A stretch of 32,000 nt of DNA, from assembly GCA_030652575.1 (NCBI GenBank), contig JAUSQI010000125.1, forward strand, positions 19,240 to 51,239, given 5' to 3'. Made by a program: the position numbers and the translations under genes. The notes beneath the pieces are model-generated. The model ran no database searches and had not been told where the DNA came from. It saw nothing but the letters and a program-made list of their open reading frames with translations. Positions 7,615 to 15,681 of the stretch are shown here, in pieces. Origin of the DNA: Stagnimonas sp. GTDB lineage: Bacteria > Pseudomonadota > Gammaproteobacteria > Nevskiales > Nevskiaceae. How positions within the stretch are numbered: position 1 is the stretch's first letter; the number at the start of each line of letters is the position of its first letter.

Positions 7615-9026
7615 GCAGAAGATTGGTGCCACCACTTGATCTGGGCTGGCTGCTACTTGAAAGCCGCGATACTCCGAATCACGTCGGCGGACTAATGATT
7701 TTCGAGCTCCCACCGGGAGCACCTCCCAGCTATATGCGCGACCTCACTACCCATCTGCGATCGGTGCAGTCGCTGACAAGCCCTTGGAATCTGCATCTTG
7801 CCGCTGGCGCTGTGGCACGACGCCTACCGCTGCTTGAAAATGAAGGCCAGCCCGATCTCGAATATCACGTCCGGCGGCTGGCGTTGCCGCAGCCGGGCGG
7901 CGAACGTGAACTGGGTGAGCTGGTCTCGCGGTTGCACGCCAATTCACTGGATCTGCGCAGGCCGATGTGGGAGTGCTACGTCATCGAAGGTCTGGAGGAA
8001 AATCGCTTCGCGTTGTTTCTCAAAATTCACCACGTCCTGCTCGATGGGGTCGCTGGCATGCGCATCATCTCGCAGGCACTCTCACCTGATCCTACGGTGA
8101 TCGGTTCGCCACCTTGGGGGCATGTCAGCAAGGCCTCCAAAAAGCACAGGAATCCGAGTCGAGACAGCGCGCCAGAGTCTTCCGAGACCAAATCACAGCA
8201 AATTCTGCCCCGTACAGCGCTGGTCAATCGCCGCGGCCTGCTGCTCAAGTCCATCCGTAATCTGTATCCGCTGATACTCCCAAGGTCACAACGCGTAGCG
8301 AATCTGGTTTCCGCTTTCGCGGCACCACATACCGTCTTGAACGGACGCATTACCGGTCAGCGCCGCGTATCAACCCAGTGCGTGCAGCTGGCAAGACTCA
8401 AACGCATTGCAGATCAAGCCGAAGTATCGGTGAATGATGTAGTGCTCGCATTCTGTGGAGGTGGCCTGCGCCGACTACTGGCCGAAGCCGGTGAATTGCC
8501 CGACAAGGCAACCACCGCCTGCATCCCCATCAACGTGAGGCCCGCTGGAGAAATCAGTGTTGGCACTGCAATCAGTTTCGGGTTTGCGGATCTGGCGACT
8601 GACGAGGCTGATCCACTTGAAAGATTAAAGCGAGTGCATGCATCGACTGCGGCACTCAAAAGGCACATCAGTGCCTTGCCACGGACCACTGTTGGCGCGT
8701 TCACGATGGCGGTGATGGGGCCTTATCTTCTTCAGCAGCTGACCGGACTCGGTGGCCGAACACGTCCCATGTTCAACGTCACCATCTCCAATGTGCCCGG
8801 CCCGCAGCAGGAGCTTTACCTGTTTGGCGCCAAGATGCAGGCCATGTATCCGGCATCGGTGCTCTACCACGGCCAAGCCCTGAACATCACTTGCGTGCGC
8901 TATCACGACAATTTGAATTTTGGCTTCACAGCCTGGCGCGATGCGTTGCCGCATGTTCAGCGCATCGCGGTGTATTGCGGGGAAGCACTGGACGAATTGG
9001 AAGCTGCACTCGGCATTGGGAAGTGA
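7611..9026 (+). CDS. wax ester synthase / acyl-CoA:diacylglycerol acyltransferase (WS/DGAT family)
   Basis: 471 aa with the catalytic HHxxxDG motif (HHVLLDGVAGM), N-terminal PLD..WLL.E....HVGGL, and C-terminal NVPGP...LY..GA motifs typical of WS/DGAT. Confidence 0.9.
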   Translation: MSRRLVPPLDLGWLLLESRDTPNHVGGLMIFELPPGAPPSYMRDLTTHLRSVQSLTSPWNLHLAAGAVARRLPLLENEGQPDLEYHVRRLALPQPGGERELGELVSRLHANSLDLRRPMWECYVIEGLEENRFALFLKIHHVLLDGVAGMRIISQALSPDPTVIGSPPWGHVSKASKKHRNPSRDSAPESSETKSQQILPRTALVNRRGLLLKSIRNLYPLILPRSQRVANLVSAFAAPHTVLNGRITGQRRVSTQCVQLARLKRIADQAEVSVNDVVLAFCGGGLRRLLAEAGELPDKATTACIPINVRPAGEISVGTAISFGFADLATDEADPLERLKRVHASTAALKRHISALPRTTVGAFTMAVMGPYLLQQLTGLGGRTRPMFNVTISNVPGPQQELYLFGAKMQAMYPASVLYHGQALNITCVRYHDNLNFGFTAWRDALPHVQRIAVYCGEALDELEAALGIGK

Positions 9027-9059
9027 TGCTGAGCACTTGCCATCAGTTTGTCCTTTAGT

Positions 9060-11693
9060 TCAGCGCAAATGTTTGGCTTGCACACTTGCCGGCAGAAACT
9101 GGTTCTTGTTCATCGCCGAGTTGAAAATCGGAGCCGGTTCTTCTGAAAGCAGGCGGCTCGCGAAGTAGCGACCATCCTTGAGATCGTAGGTGATGACGGG
9201 GAAGCAGTTTGCCGACTGCACGGCATAGTGCGGCAGAACATGCCCCTCCTGGAACCGCCAGAGACGTCCCTCATGGTCGTAGTTCTCAACCAGAACAACG
9301 TTCCAACTGTCCTCATCAAGATAGAAGACTCTGAGTCCAAAGCTGTGCCTCTTTCCACCACGCTCGGTGGCCTCCACGACCCAGACTCGGTGGCGCTCAT
9401 AACGCACGTTGTCGGGATTGAAAAAGTTCGGCGTGAGTTGCTCTGCGTAGGTCTGGCTGCCGTCGGAGAGTCTGTAGGCGTTGTAGGGCAACATCAGCTC
9501 GCGCTTGCCAATCAGTTTCCAGACGTATCGGTCGAACGGGCCGTTATACATGTCGATCATATCGACGAAATACATCGCCTCGGTACCAGGGAATGGCTGG
9601 TCGTAGCCGACTGGCGGGATACGAAAAAGCTTTGGTGAACCCGGCGGCGCCACCCAGATAGCACGCGCGTCTTTCTCTGAGTTGGCGGTTTCGTGTGCCA
9701 GTGCGAGGAAGTTGGCAAGACCGGCACCAGTGAACTTGAGCAGGTAATAAAGCAGGATGTTCTGCGAGGAGATATCGACGGGGTCATCCGTGTTGCCATA
9801 GCGAAAATAGGCTGTCTCGTTAAGTCGATACTCTTGTGTCACCTTGCCAGTTGCAGTGACCACGGCCTGTCTCGACTGCAGCGCCACCGTGTTGCCCCGG
9901 TAGCGTACGCGGTGGTTCCAAAGCGCCTCTACGCCGTTCTCCGGCTTCGGAAATGGGAACCCCAGTCGTGCGTTTTCAAGCGAGTCGGACCCGACCAACC
10001 GTGCCTTACCGATGTTGGCCTCGGAGCTCTTGGTGATGGCTACCGGATAGGACACGCTGCGATGGGTTTTATAGATTGGCATTCGGTAGTCGGGATACCG
10101 TGCGAACAGCGCCTGATGGCCCTTCGAAAGCAGATTCCGGAATTGATCGACATTTCTCGCGGTGATGGTCTGCGTCGGCCGCTCGATCGAGAATGGATCG
10201 ACAAGCCGCTGTCCGGCCCGGAATGAAGCGGGCAGCCGTGCGGGCGAAATGCCGCCAGACCAGGCCGGGATGCTGCCGTCGGCATTGCCCTCAACTTCAG
10301 CACCGATTGCAGTTAGCGGCCCCGGAGCCCGACGGCGAACGGCAGGCATAGAGCCTGAAGTCTCGGCGGGACCATTGTTTCCTGCGACTCCAGCACTGGC
10401 GATTTCGGTGCGCCCCAGCAACCGCCCACTGAGGCTGACCGACTCATCCAGCACCGCAGGGCCCTGGGCAGCGGCAGCGAGCGCCAGCTCGCGCGCCTGA
10501 CCAGATTCGAGGTAACGAATCCAATCCGATGCCAGCTTCTGCTGGCTTGAAAACCCAGCCGCCTGGCGAAAGGCACTCAATGCGCCATCGACATCCGCCT
10601 GCTGATAGCGCACCAATCCAAGATTGAGCATCAGGGTTCCACTGGGTTTTCCCAGTTGCAGCGCCTGGCTCAGCGCAGCTTCTGCGCGTGCGTAATCGCG
10701 CCGCTCGCGCAGCAGCTGCGCCATCTGTTCATAGATTTCTCGGCTTCCCTGGCTGACGGCAAGCTCCTCAAGCACTTTCAACGCCAGCGTTTTCTCTTTG
10801 GCACGCACCCATAGGGCAGCCAGCAGTTTGCGGTTCTCGGCACTGGGCGGCATCAAACCCTGCTGCATCCAAGCCTGAAGCACCGATCCAGCCTCGAAGG
10901 GGGCACCGATCTGGCCAGTCAACAGCACGAGCCGCTCTCTGTCTTCCACACTGCGCAGATATCCCAGGCGATTGGCGACCTCCATCGTCGCTTGAGCGCG
11001 TTCAGAGTTGCCGGCTTTCAGATACAAAGCTGCAAGCTGCATCCAGGCTTCCTTCCGATTAGGGTCGGTTCGCAGTATGGATTCGAGTTCGGTCGCTGCC
11101 TCACCTTCCCGACCCGATCCCATCAGGGCGGCGATCAGCGCCATGCGCCAGTTGGGATTTGGACGTGGCGTGGCGGCAATTCCCTTTTGAAGCAGTGGCA
11201 CCGCCTCCTTGAATCTGCGTTGTTCCAGATAGGCCGCACCGAGTGCCATATGGACTTCAGGACTCGCCTGCCCCGCTTTCACCAGTGCTTCCAGCTGCGG
11301 TACTTTTTGCTTCAGGTTTCCCGATGCCATTGCCAGCGAGGCCAGGTCCTTGCGCAGCAGCTCGGCTGCTGGCCCGGATAGGACATTGAGGTTTAGCGCC
11401 TGCTGTAACAGATGCTGCGCCTTGGAATAGTCCTTCTGCTCAATAGCCTGGCCAGCCAGTTCTTGAAGTAGTAAGGCACGGCCGTAAGGATCGGTAGTGG
11501 ACTTCAGCAGTGTCTGCGCATCAACTGCCTTTAGTGGAAGCTTGGGGATGTCGATCTCCCGCACCTCGCTCTGGTACTGATCGGCCCTCGTGATGCCGCA
11601 AGGCAAAAGCACCATAGCCAAGGTTGTCAGCACAGCAAGCTTTACGTGCTGACGCGCCAGCAGCGGGCTACCAGTTGTAGGCACAGTCTTCAT
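9060..11693 (-). CDS. fusion protein: N-terminal TPR-repeat module (TtpD-like position in a TonB2-type cluster) + C-terminal DUF1329 (LolA-like) domain
   Basis: 877-aa uninterrupted ORF. Residues 1-~405 are a signal or lipoprotein-like leader plus repeated TPR-like helices. Residues ~406-458 form a Gly/Ala/Ser-rich linker. From residue ~459 the sequence LTAIGAEVEGNADGSIPAWSGG...RYPDYRMPIYKTHRS...GFPFPKPENGVEALWNHRVRYRGN reads as a DUF1329 signature. The start overlaps the tonB end by 26 nt. Confidence 0.8.
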   Translation of the reverse strand: MKTVPTTGSPLLARQHVKLAVLTTLAMVLLPCGITRADQYQSEVREIDIPKLPLKAVDAQTLLKSTTDPYGRALLLQELAGQAIEQKDYSKAQHLLQQALNLNVLSGPAAELLRKDLASLAMASGNLKQKVPQLEALVKAGQASPEVHMALGAAYLEQRRFKEAVPLLQKGIAATPRPNPNWRMALIAALMGSGREGEAATELESILRTDPNRKEAWMQLAALYLKAGNSERAQATMEVANRLGYLRSVEDRERLVLLTGQIGAPFEAGSVLQAWMQQGLMPPSAENRKLLAALWVRAKEKTLALKVLEELAVSQGSREIYEQMAQLLRERRDYARAEAALSQALQLGKPSGTLMLNLGLVRYQQADVDGALSAFRQAAGFSSQQKLASDWIRYLESGQARELALAAAAQGPAVLDESVSLSGRLLGRTEIASAGVAGNNGPAETSGSMPAVRRRAPGPLTAIGAEVEGNADGSIPAWSGGISPARLPASFRAGQRLVDPFSIERPTQTITARNVDQFRNLLSKGHQALFARYPDYRMPIYKTHRSVSYPVAITKSSEANIGKARLVGSDSLENARLGFPFPKPENGVEALWNHRVRYRGNTVALQSRQAVVTATGKVTQEYRLNETAYFRYGNTDDPVDISSQNILLYYLLKFTGAGLANFLALAHETANSEKDARAIWVAPPGSPKLFRIPPVGYDQPFPGTEAMYFVDMIDMYNGPFDRYVWKLIGKRELMLPYNAYRLSDGSQTYAEQLTPNFFNPDNVRYERHRVWVVEATERGGKRHSFGLRVFYLDEDSWNVVLVENYDHEGRLWRFQEGHVLPHYAVQSANCFPVITYDLKDGRYFASRLLSEEPAPIFNSAMNKNQFLPASVQAKHLR

Positions 11694-12405
11694 GGTTCAT
11701 CGGCACGCGCTGCTTAACCTCTGCCGCCTTGCCGGTGGCCGAATACAGCCACTTGGAGATGCTCTGCACCGCAGCAGCCTCGAAGACCCCCTTGGGGTCT
11801 GCATCGAGGATGCGCACGTCCTGAACATGACCGTTCGGCATCACCACGAATAGCGCCTCAACCCAGCCGGAGAGCTTCTGCTTGCAGGCCCACTCAGGCA
11901 TTTGCGGGCGCGCCGTAGAGAGCGGCACAAGGGGCTTCCCCTTCCAACCCCGCCCGCCACTACCCACACCGCCGGCACCGTTGCCATTGCCATTGCCACC
12001 TGCACCGTTTCCGCTGCCAAAACCGGAGAATGCACCACCACCCAGTATCCCCTCGCGAGACCCAAACGCCAGCGGGACATTGATGTTGCTGAGATCGACC
12101 GGGGTCAGGGCGACGCTGGGCGCATCCAGCGGAGGCAAGTCAGGCTGACCGAGTGCTGGTGGGGACGCTGGTGGAGGGGGTGGCGCCTCGTCCAACAGGT
12201 CTGGCGGATTGGGTGGCTCTGCTGGCGGTGGCTGATTGCGTGCGATGCTTACCGCATCAATCACCCTCTGCGCGCCGAGCCCCTCGTCATTTGGCGTGCG
12301 AACGAGCCAGCCCAACGCGAGGAACAACAGTGCCGTCAGCAGGATGCTCAAGGCCGAAAGCAGAAACCAGCGCGTCGAAAGCCTCAGGTGAAGATCGGAT
12401 GGCAT
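11668..12405 (-). CDS. tonB: energy transducer TonB
   Basis: N-terminal TM anchor, a Pro-rich spacer (PPPAEPPNPPDLLDEAPPPPPASPP), and a C-terminal TonB domain (ARPQMPEW...GWVEALFVVMPNGHVQDVRILDA). It also carries an unusual Gly/Asn-rich tract. Confidence 0.85.
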   Translation of the reverse strand: MPSDLHLRLSTRWFLLSALSILLTALLFLALGWLVRTPNDEGLGAQRVIDAVSIARNQPPPAEPPNPPDLLDEAPPPPPASPPALGQPDLPPLDAPSVALTPVDLSNINVPLAFGSREGILGGGAFSGFGSGNGAGGNGNGNGAGGVGSGGRGWKGKPLVPLSTARPQMPEWACKQKLSGWVEALFVVMPNGHVQDVRILDADPKGVFEAAAVQSISKWLYSATGKAAEVKQRVPMNHEDCAYNW

Positions 12406-12408
12406 GGA

Positions 12409-12816
12409 TCAATTAGGCGTTGCCGCTACCGAGACATCAGCGACACCCGCGAGACGCGCCTGATCCATGACTTCCACCATCAGTCCCAGTCTTGCGCTCT
12501 GGTCGCCCTGGATCACCACGGCGGCTTTCGGTTTACCACGACGCAGGCGCTCGATCTCGGTGCGCAGGCGGCGGATATCGACGCGCTCGCGGTTAATCCA
12601 GATCTGGTTCTCGGCGGAGATGGCAACGAAGATGCTGGCGCGGTCTTCTTCTTTCGCCGTCTTGGCGGAGGGTTTGTTGACGCGAATTCCAGATTCCTGA
12701 ACGAAGGCAGCTGCAATGATGAAAAAGATCAGCAAGTTCATGACGAAGTCGAGCATCGGCGCGAGGTCGATGCCGGTTTCCTCATTAACAGGATGATTGC
12801 GGCGAAGTTTCATCAC
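12409..12816 (-). CDS. exbD: biopolymer transport protein ExbD/TolR
   Basis: IDLAPMLDFVMNLLIFFII... followed by a periplasmic domain, 135 aa. The track start is GTG at 12816; the ATG at 12813 is an equally plausible start. Confidence 0.9.
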   Translation of the reverse strand: MMKLRRNHPVNEETGIDLAPMLDFVMNLLIFFIIAAAFVQESGIRVNKPSAKTAKEEDRASIFVAISAENQIWINRERVDIRRLRTEIERLRRGKPKAAVVIQGDQSARLGLMVEVMDQARLAGVADVSVAATPN

Positions 12817-12817
12817 T

Positions 12818-13342
12818 TCAGGCGGGTGGGATCAGGTCGTTGAGGCGCTCAGTTTCACGCTGTACTCGCGACGTGAAGATGTTGCCGAAAAACAATCCGA
12901 TCACGCTGACCACCAGTCCCGCCATGGTGGCAACCATCGCGTGGGAGATGCCATCGGCCATGGCCCTGGTGTCGCCGCCACGTGTGAAAGCCATCGCATC
13001 AAACACCTGCAACATGCCCATCACAGTGCCGAGCAGGCCAAGCAGCGGGGCCATGGGCACCATGACGCGAATCACTGGCAGGCCAGATTCCAATGCCGCT
13101 CGCAACTGTGAAATCAGCGCTAGGCGGATGCGCTGCGCTGCCCATGAGTGACGATCAACGCGACCTCCCCATTCGGCAAGTGCCTCGGCACGCAATCTCG
13201 GATACACCTTTAACAGAAACCATGCGCGCTCCAGGACTACGGTAATCAGCACGCAGCAGGCAAACAATAACCAGCGTGTTACCCAGCCGCCGGAATCGAG
13301 AAACTCATTGAGGGTTTCGTATGGCACAACGATCGGTTCCAT
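12818..13342 (-). CDS. exbB: MotA/TolQ/ExbB proton-channel protein (short ExbB)
   Basis: Three TM segments with LLGLLGTVMGM..F and AMADGISHAMVATMAGL motifs. ATG at 13342 (MEPIVVPYE) is chosen because the track's longer ORF would overlap the upstream gene by 62 nt. Confidence 0.9.
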   Translation of the reverse strand: MEPIVVPYETLNEFLDSGGWVTRWLLFACCVLITVVLERAWFLLKVYPRLRAEALAEWGGRVDRHSWAAQRIRLALISQLRAALESGLPVIRVMVPMAPLLGLLGTVMGMLQVFDAMAFTRGGDTRAMADGISHAMVATMAGLVVSVIGLFFGNIFTSRVQRETERLNDLIPPA

Positions 13343-13349
13343 CAGCAAG

Positions 13350-14699
13350 CTAAGCACTGGATTTCCCCATTGCTTCCAGTTGTCGAGCCAGCAGCCCCGC
13401 AGCCTGCTCATCCAGCACTTGGATGAGTGTTCGTGATCGCGCTGTGATGAAGGTATTTACGAACAGCAGCGGGATGGCGATCATCAATCCGAGAGCCGTG
13501 GCGATCATCGCCCGCGAAATCCCTTCGGCCATCAACTTGGGATCGCTGGCACCAGCCTCGGTGATGACTTGGAAGGTGATGATCATGCCAACCACCGTGC
13601 CAAGCAGCCCCAGCAATGGCCCCGCTGCGACGATCATCCGCAGCAGCGATTGGAACCGTTCGAGTTTGGGGGTTTCTCGCAATACCGCTTCTGACAATCG
13701 CGTCTCCAGAACCTCAGGGTCTTGTCCGGTCGGATCACCCTTGAGGCTGAGAAGCACGCGGCCCAGCGGGTTGTCGTGATTCGGCCTCGTGATGTCGCGC
13801 AATTGATGTCCTACCCTTCGGCCCACCATCACCAGAAAGCCGAACTGCCACGTGGCGACGACTGCACCCAGCACGCCGATTGCGATGATCACATAACCTA
13901 CCTCACCGCCTTGATGGAGACGATCCGCCAGCGTGGGCCGATCGGCGATCAGGCGAAGCAAATCACCTCGCGAGGGATCAACCAGAACGTCGTGCAAACC
14001 CTCAGTGGCTTCGGTGAAGGCCTTTGCCAGTTCGATGCCATCCTCAGGCTGGCGCTCCAAAACCGACAGCTCGCCGGTCTCGGGCTGGAGTATCAGGTGC
14101 CCCTCTGCAGTCAACGCTGAAAATTGACCAATGCGGACGACATCGGTCTGGATTTTTTCACCCAGCACATCCCGCACCGTGGTTCTGAAGCGACTGATAC
14201 GCCCACTTTCAGCGGCCTCCTGAGCATAGAGGAACCACAGGCGCTCGATCTCAGTGATGTTGGGAATTTCGTCTGCTGCGGCGAGTTTATCGAGCAGCGG
14301 CAGGCGAGCGGGAAACTGAGGTGTAGTCAAAGCATGTGCTAGTTGGCCGCGGAACTCGCCGGCGGACTGCGCGATGCCTGCATAGATTTGACCTGTGTCA
14401 CCCACCTGCTCAGCGAGCTGCTTCTTCAGCTGGGCAACTTCCTGCTGACGCGCCGCAAAGCGCGCCTTGACGGCACTCACTCGCGTGTTTGCCGCTCCCA
14501 AGTCTGCCTCCGCCTTGGCGAGCAACGCGGCCTGCTCGTTCTTGTTGCGGAGGAATCGTGCCTCCCGCTCGCCATTCAACTTGCCAGAGGCCTGCGAGGA
14601 CTGCGTGATGTCACGCAGCAGCGCATCCATACCCGACGTCGCCTGGGCCTGAACCTGGCAGCTTGCAGCGAGCAGAGTCGCCAGTAAAAGACGTCTCAT
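13350..14699 (-). CDS. long MotA/TolQ/ExbB-family protein with a large N-terminal periplasmic coiled-coil domain (TtpC-like)
   Basis: 449 aa with a signal peptide, a ~250-aa periplasmic region, and a C-terminal ExbB core (GPLLGLLGTVVGMIITF, LMAEGISRAMIATALGL). Its size and position match TtpC of Vibrio TonB2 clusters. Confidence 0.8.
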   Translation of the reverse strand: MRRLLLATLLAASCQVQAQATSGMDALLRDITQSSQASGKLNGEREARFLRNKNEQAALLAKAEADLGAANTRVSAVKARFAARQQEVAQLKKQLAEQVGDTGQIYAGIAQSAGEFRGQLAHALTTPQFPARLPLLDKLAAADEIPNITEIERLWFLYAQEAAESGRISRFRTTVRDVLGEKIQTDVVRIGQFSALTAEGHLILQPETGELSVLERQPEDGIELAKAFTEATEGLHDVLVDPSRGDLLRLIADRPTLADRLHQGGEVGYVIIAIGVLGAVVATWQFGFLVMVGRRVGHQLRDITRPNHDNPLGRVLLSLKGDPTGQDPEVLETRLSEAVLRETPKLERFQSLLRMIVAAGPLLGLLGTVVGMIITFQVITEAGASDPKLMAEGISRAMIATALGLMIAIPLLFVNTFITARSRTLIQVLDEQAAGLLARQLEAMGKSSA

Positions 14700-15472
14700 G
14701 GTCTCGCACCTGCAGCGAGAATCGGCAAACGCAGCAAATCGGGTGCCGCAGTTTCACGCGCCATTCTCAAACCGAGGCGGATCTGGCTCGCATATTCGTA
14801 AGGCAGCACGGCCCATGTTTTTGAAGAAGAGTCCCAAATACCGCAGCGCTTGCCATCCATCGACAGGTAATAAAGCGCCGCCCTGCCCACGCGCAATACA
14901 TGAACTGTGCGCTCGTCGATCTCCCCCTGCTCGATGCCTATCGAGCGGCCGTATTCGGCTTCAATCTGCCAAGCTTCCAAGGCTTTCTTGAACTTCTCTG
15001 CACGATCGGCAGCTGGATCGGCAATCAGCTTCTTGAGCGCCTGCAATCGCTCACGTCGCTCAATCAACAGGAAAGGCGCGTCTAACGCAATGAACTTTTC
15101 AAGCCCCTGAACCATGCGAGCCAGCAGGGGCGATAGCTCTCGTTCAGTGCGTTCCAGTTCACCCAACTGCCGTTGGAGTCCGGTGCGCTGCGCGTCGAGA
15201 CTGGCGGCCTGCTCCTCAAGCTGCTGCGCGTAGGCCGTGAGCTGCTGGGACTGCCAACTGGCTGACAGGTAGCGCTCAAGAAGAGTACGCGTCTCGCCGT
15301 CGAGCTGATCGATACGCTGCTGCGAAGCTCGCGAAGCTCTGTTCGCCGTCAACGTCTCGTCGATGGCCTTGGATGCCGTGCCTTGCGCAGCTGCAGCAAC
15401 CGCGTATCCCCCCAAGAGCAGGGCAGCCAAAACGCAGTAGAGGTGCGGTTTATGGCCGCGCGATGTGGACAA
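14696..15472 (-). CDS. DUF3450-family periplasmic coiled-coil protein (TtpB-like)
   Basis: 258 aa. TTG start 7 nt after a GAGGAGA RBS, then a signal peptide, a long coiled coil, and a C-terminal RVGRAALYYLSMDG...W motif typical of DUF3450. The stop overlaps the next ATG as ATGA. Confidence 0.75.
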   Translation of the reverse strand: MSTSRGHKPHLYCVLAALLLGGYAVAAAAQGTASKAIDETLTANRASRASQQRIDQLDGETRTLLERYLSASWQSQQLTAYAQQLEEQAASLDAQRTGLQRQLGELERTERELSPLLARMVQGLEKFIALDAPFLLIERRERLQALKKLIADPAADRAEKFKKALEAWQIEAEYGRSIGIEQGEIDERTVHVLRVGRAALYYLSMDGKRCGIWDSSSKTWAVLPYEYASQIRLGLRMARETAAPDLLRLPILAAGARP

Positions 15473-15601
15473 AGCTGTTCTCTCCTCAATGTTTGCGTAC
15501 CGGGGGCGAAGCCATCTGCCGCCCGGTTACACAATGCCTGTGCGCTATTAGCTGCAATCCGCTGAAATCCTCGCAGAGGGCCACGAACACGAATGCAAAT
15601 A

Positions 15602-15623
15602 ATATAGTGCGTAGTGACTATAT
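15602..15623. promoter_or_regulatory. operator-like inverted repeat ATATAGT-N8-ACTATAT in the DUF1302/DUF3450 intergenic region
   Basis: Perfect 7-bp arms read directly from the sequence. They lie within a cluster of (C)ATAGTG motifs. The function is not established. Confidence 0.4.
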
Positions 15624-15681
15624 CTACATTTTCACTCAAATAACAGCCGCCTCTACCCGTCGCGAAGTCACTATGGTAGAG

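Noticed and set aside
9027-9059. Possible bidirectional terminator between the convergent WS/DGAT and DUF1329 genes.
   Set aside because: Only a 5-bp stem (TGATG...CATCA) with a 12-nt loop is present, and there is no T/A tract. This is not convincing.
11975-12000. Short codon reiteration (GCCATT x2 and neighbouring GGC/ACC repeats) in tonB as a possible phase-variation tract.
   Set aside because: There are only two perfect units and the tract is in-frame. It is far below the repeat numbers associated with slipped-strand switching.
11902-12843. 313-aa plus-strand ORF antisense to tonB/exbD. Similar long shadow ORFs lie at 21959-22834 (+, antisense to pmoB), 27764-28834 (-), 30356-31243 (-) and 4724-5194 (-).
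   Set aside because: Their translations are low-complexity and Arg/Gly/Pro/Ala-rich with no recognisable motifs. They lie exactly opposite genes with strong family signatures. This is the typical stop-codon-poor antisense frame of GC-rich DNA.
15585-15625. Possible Fur box upstream of the TonB module (AT-rich AATGCAAATAATATAGTG).
   Set aside because: The best alignments to the 19-bp Fur consensus GATAATGATAATCATTATC give only 7-8 of 19 matches on either strand.
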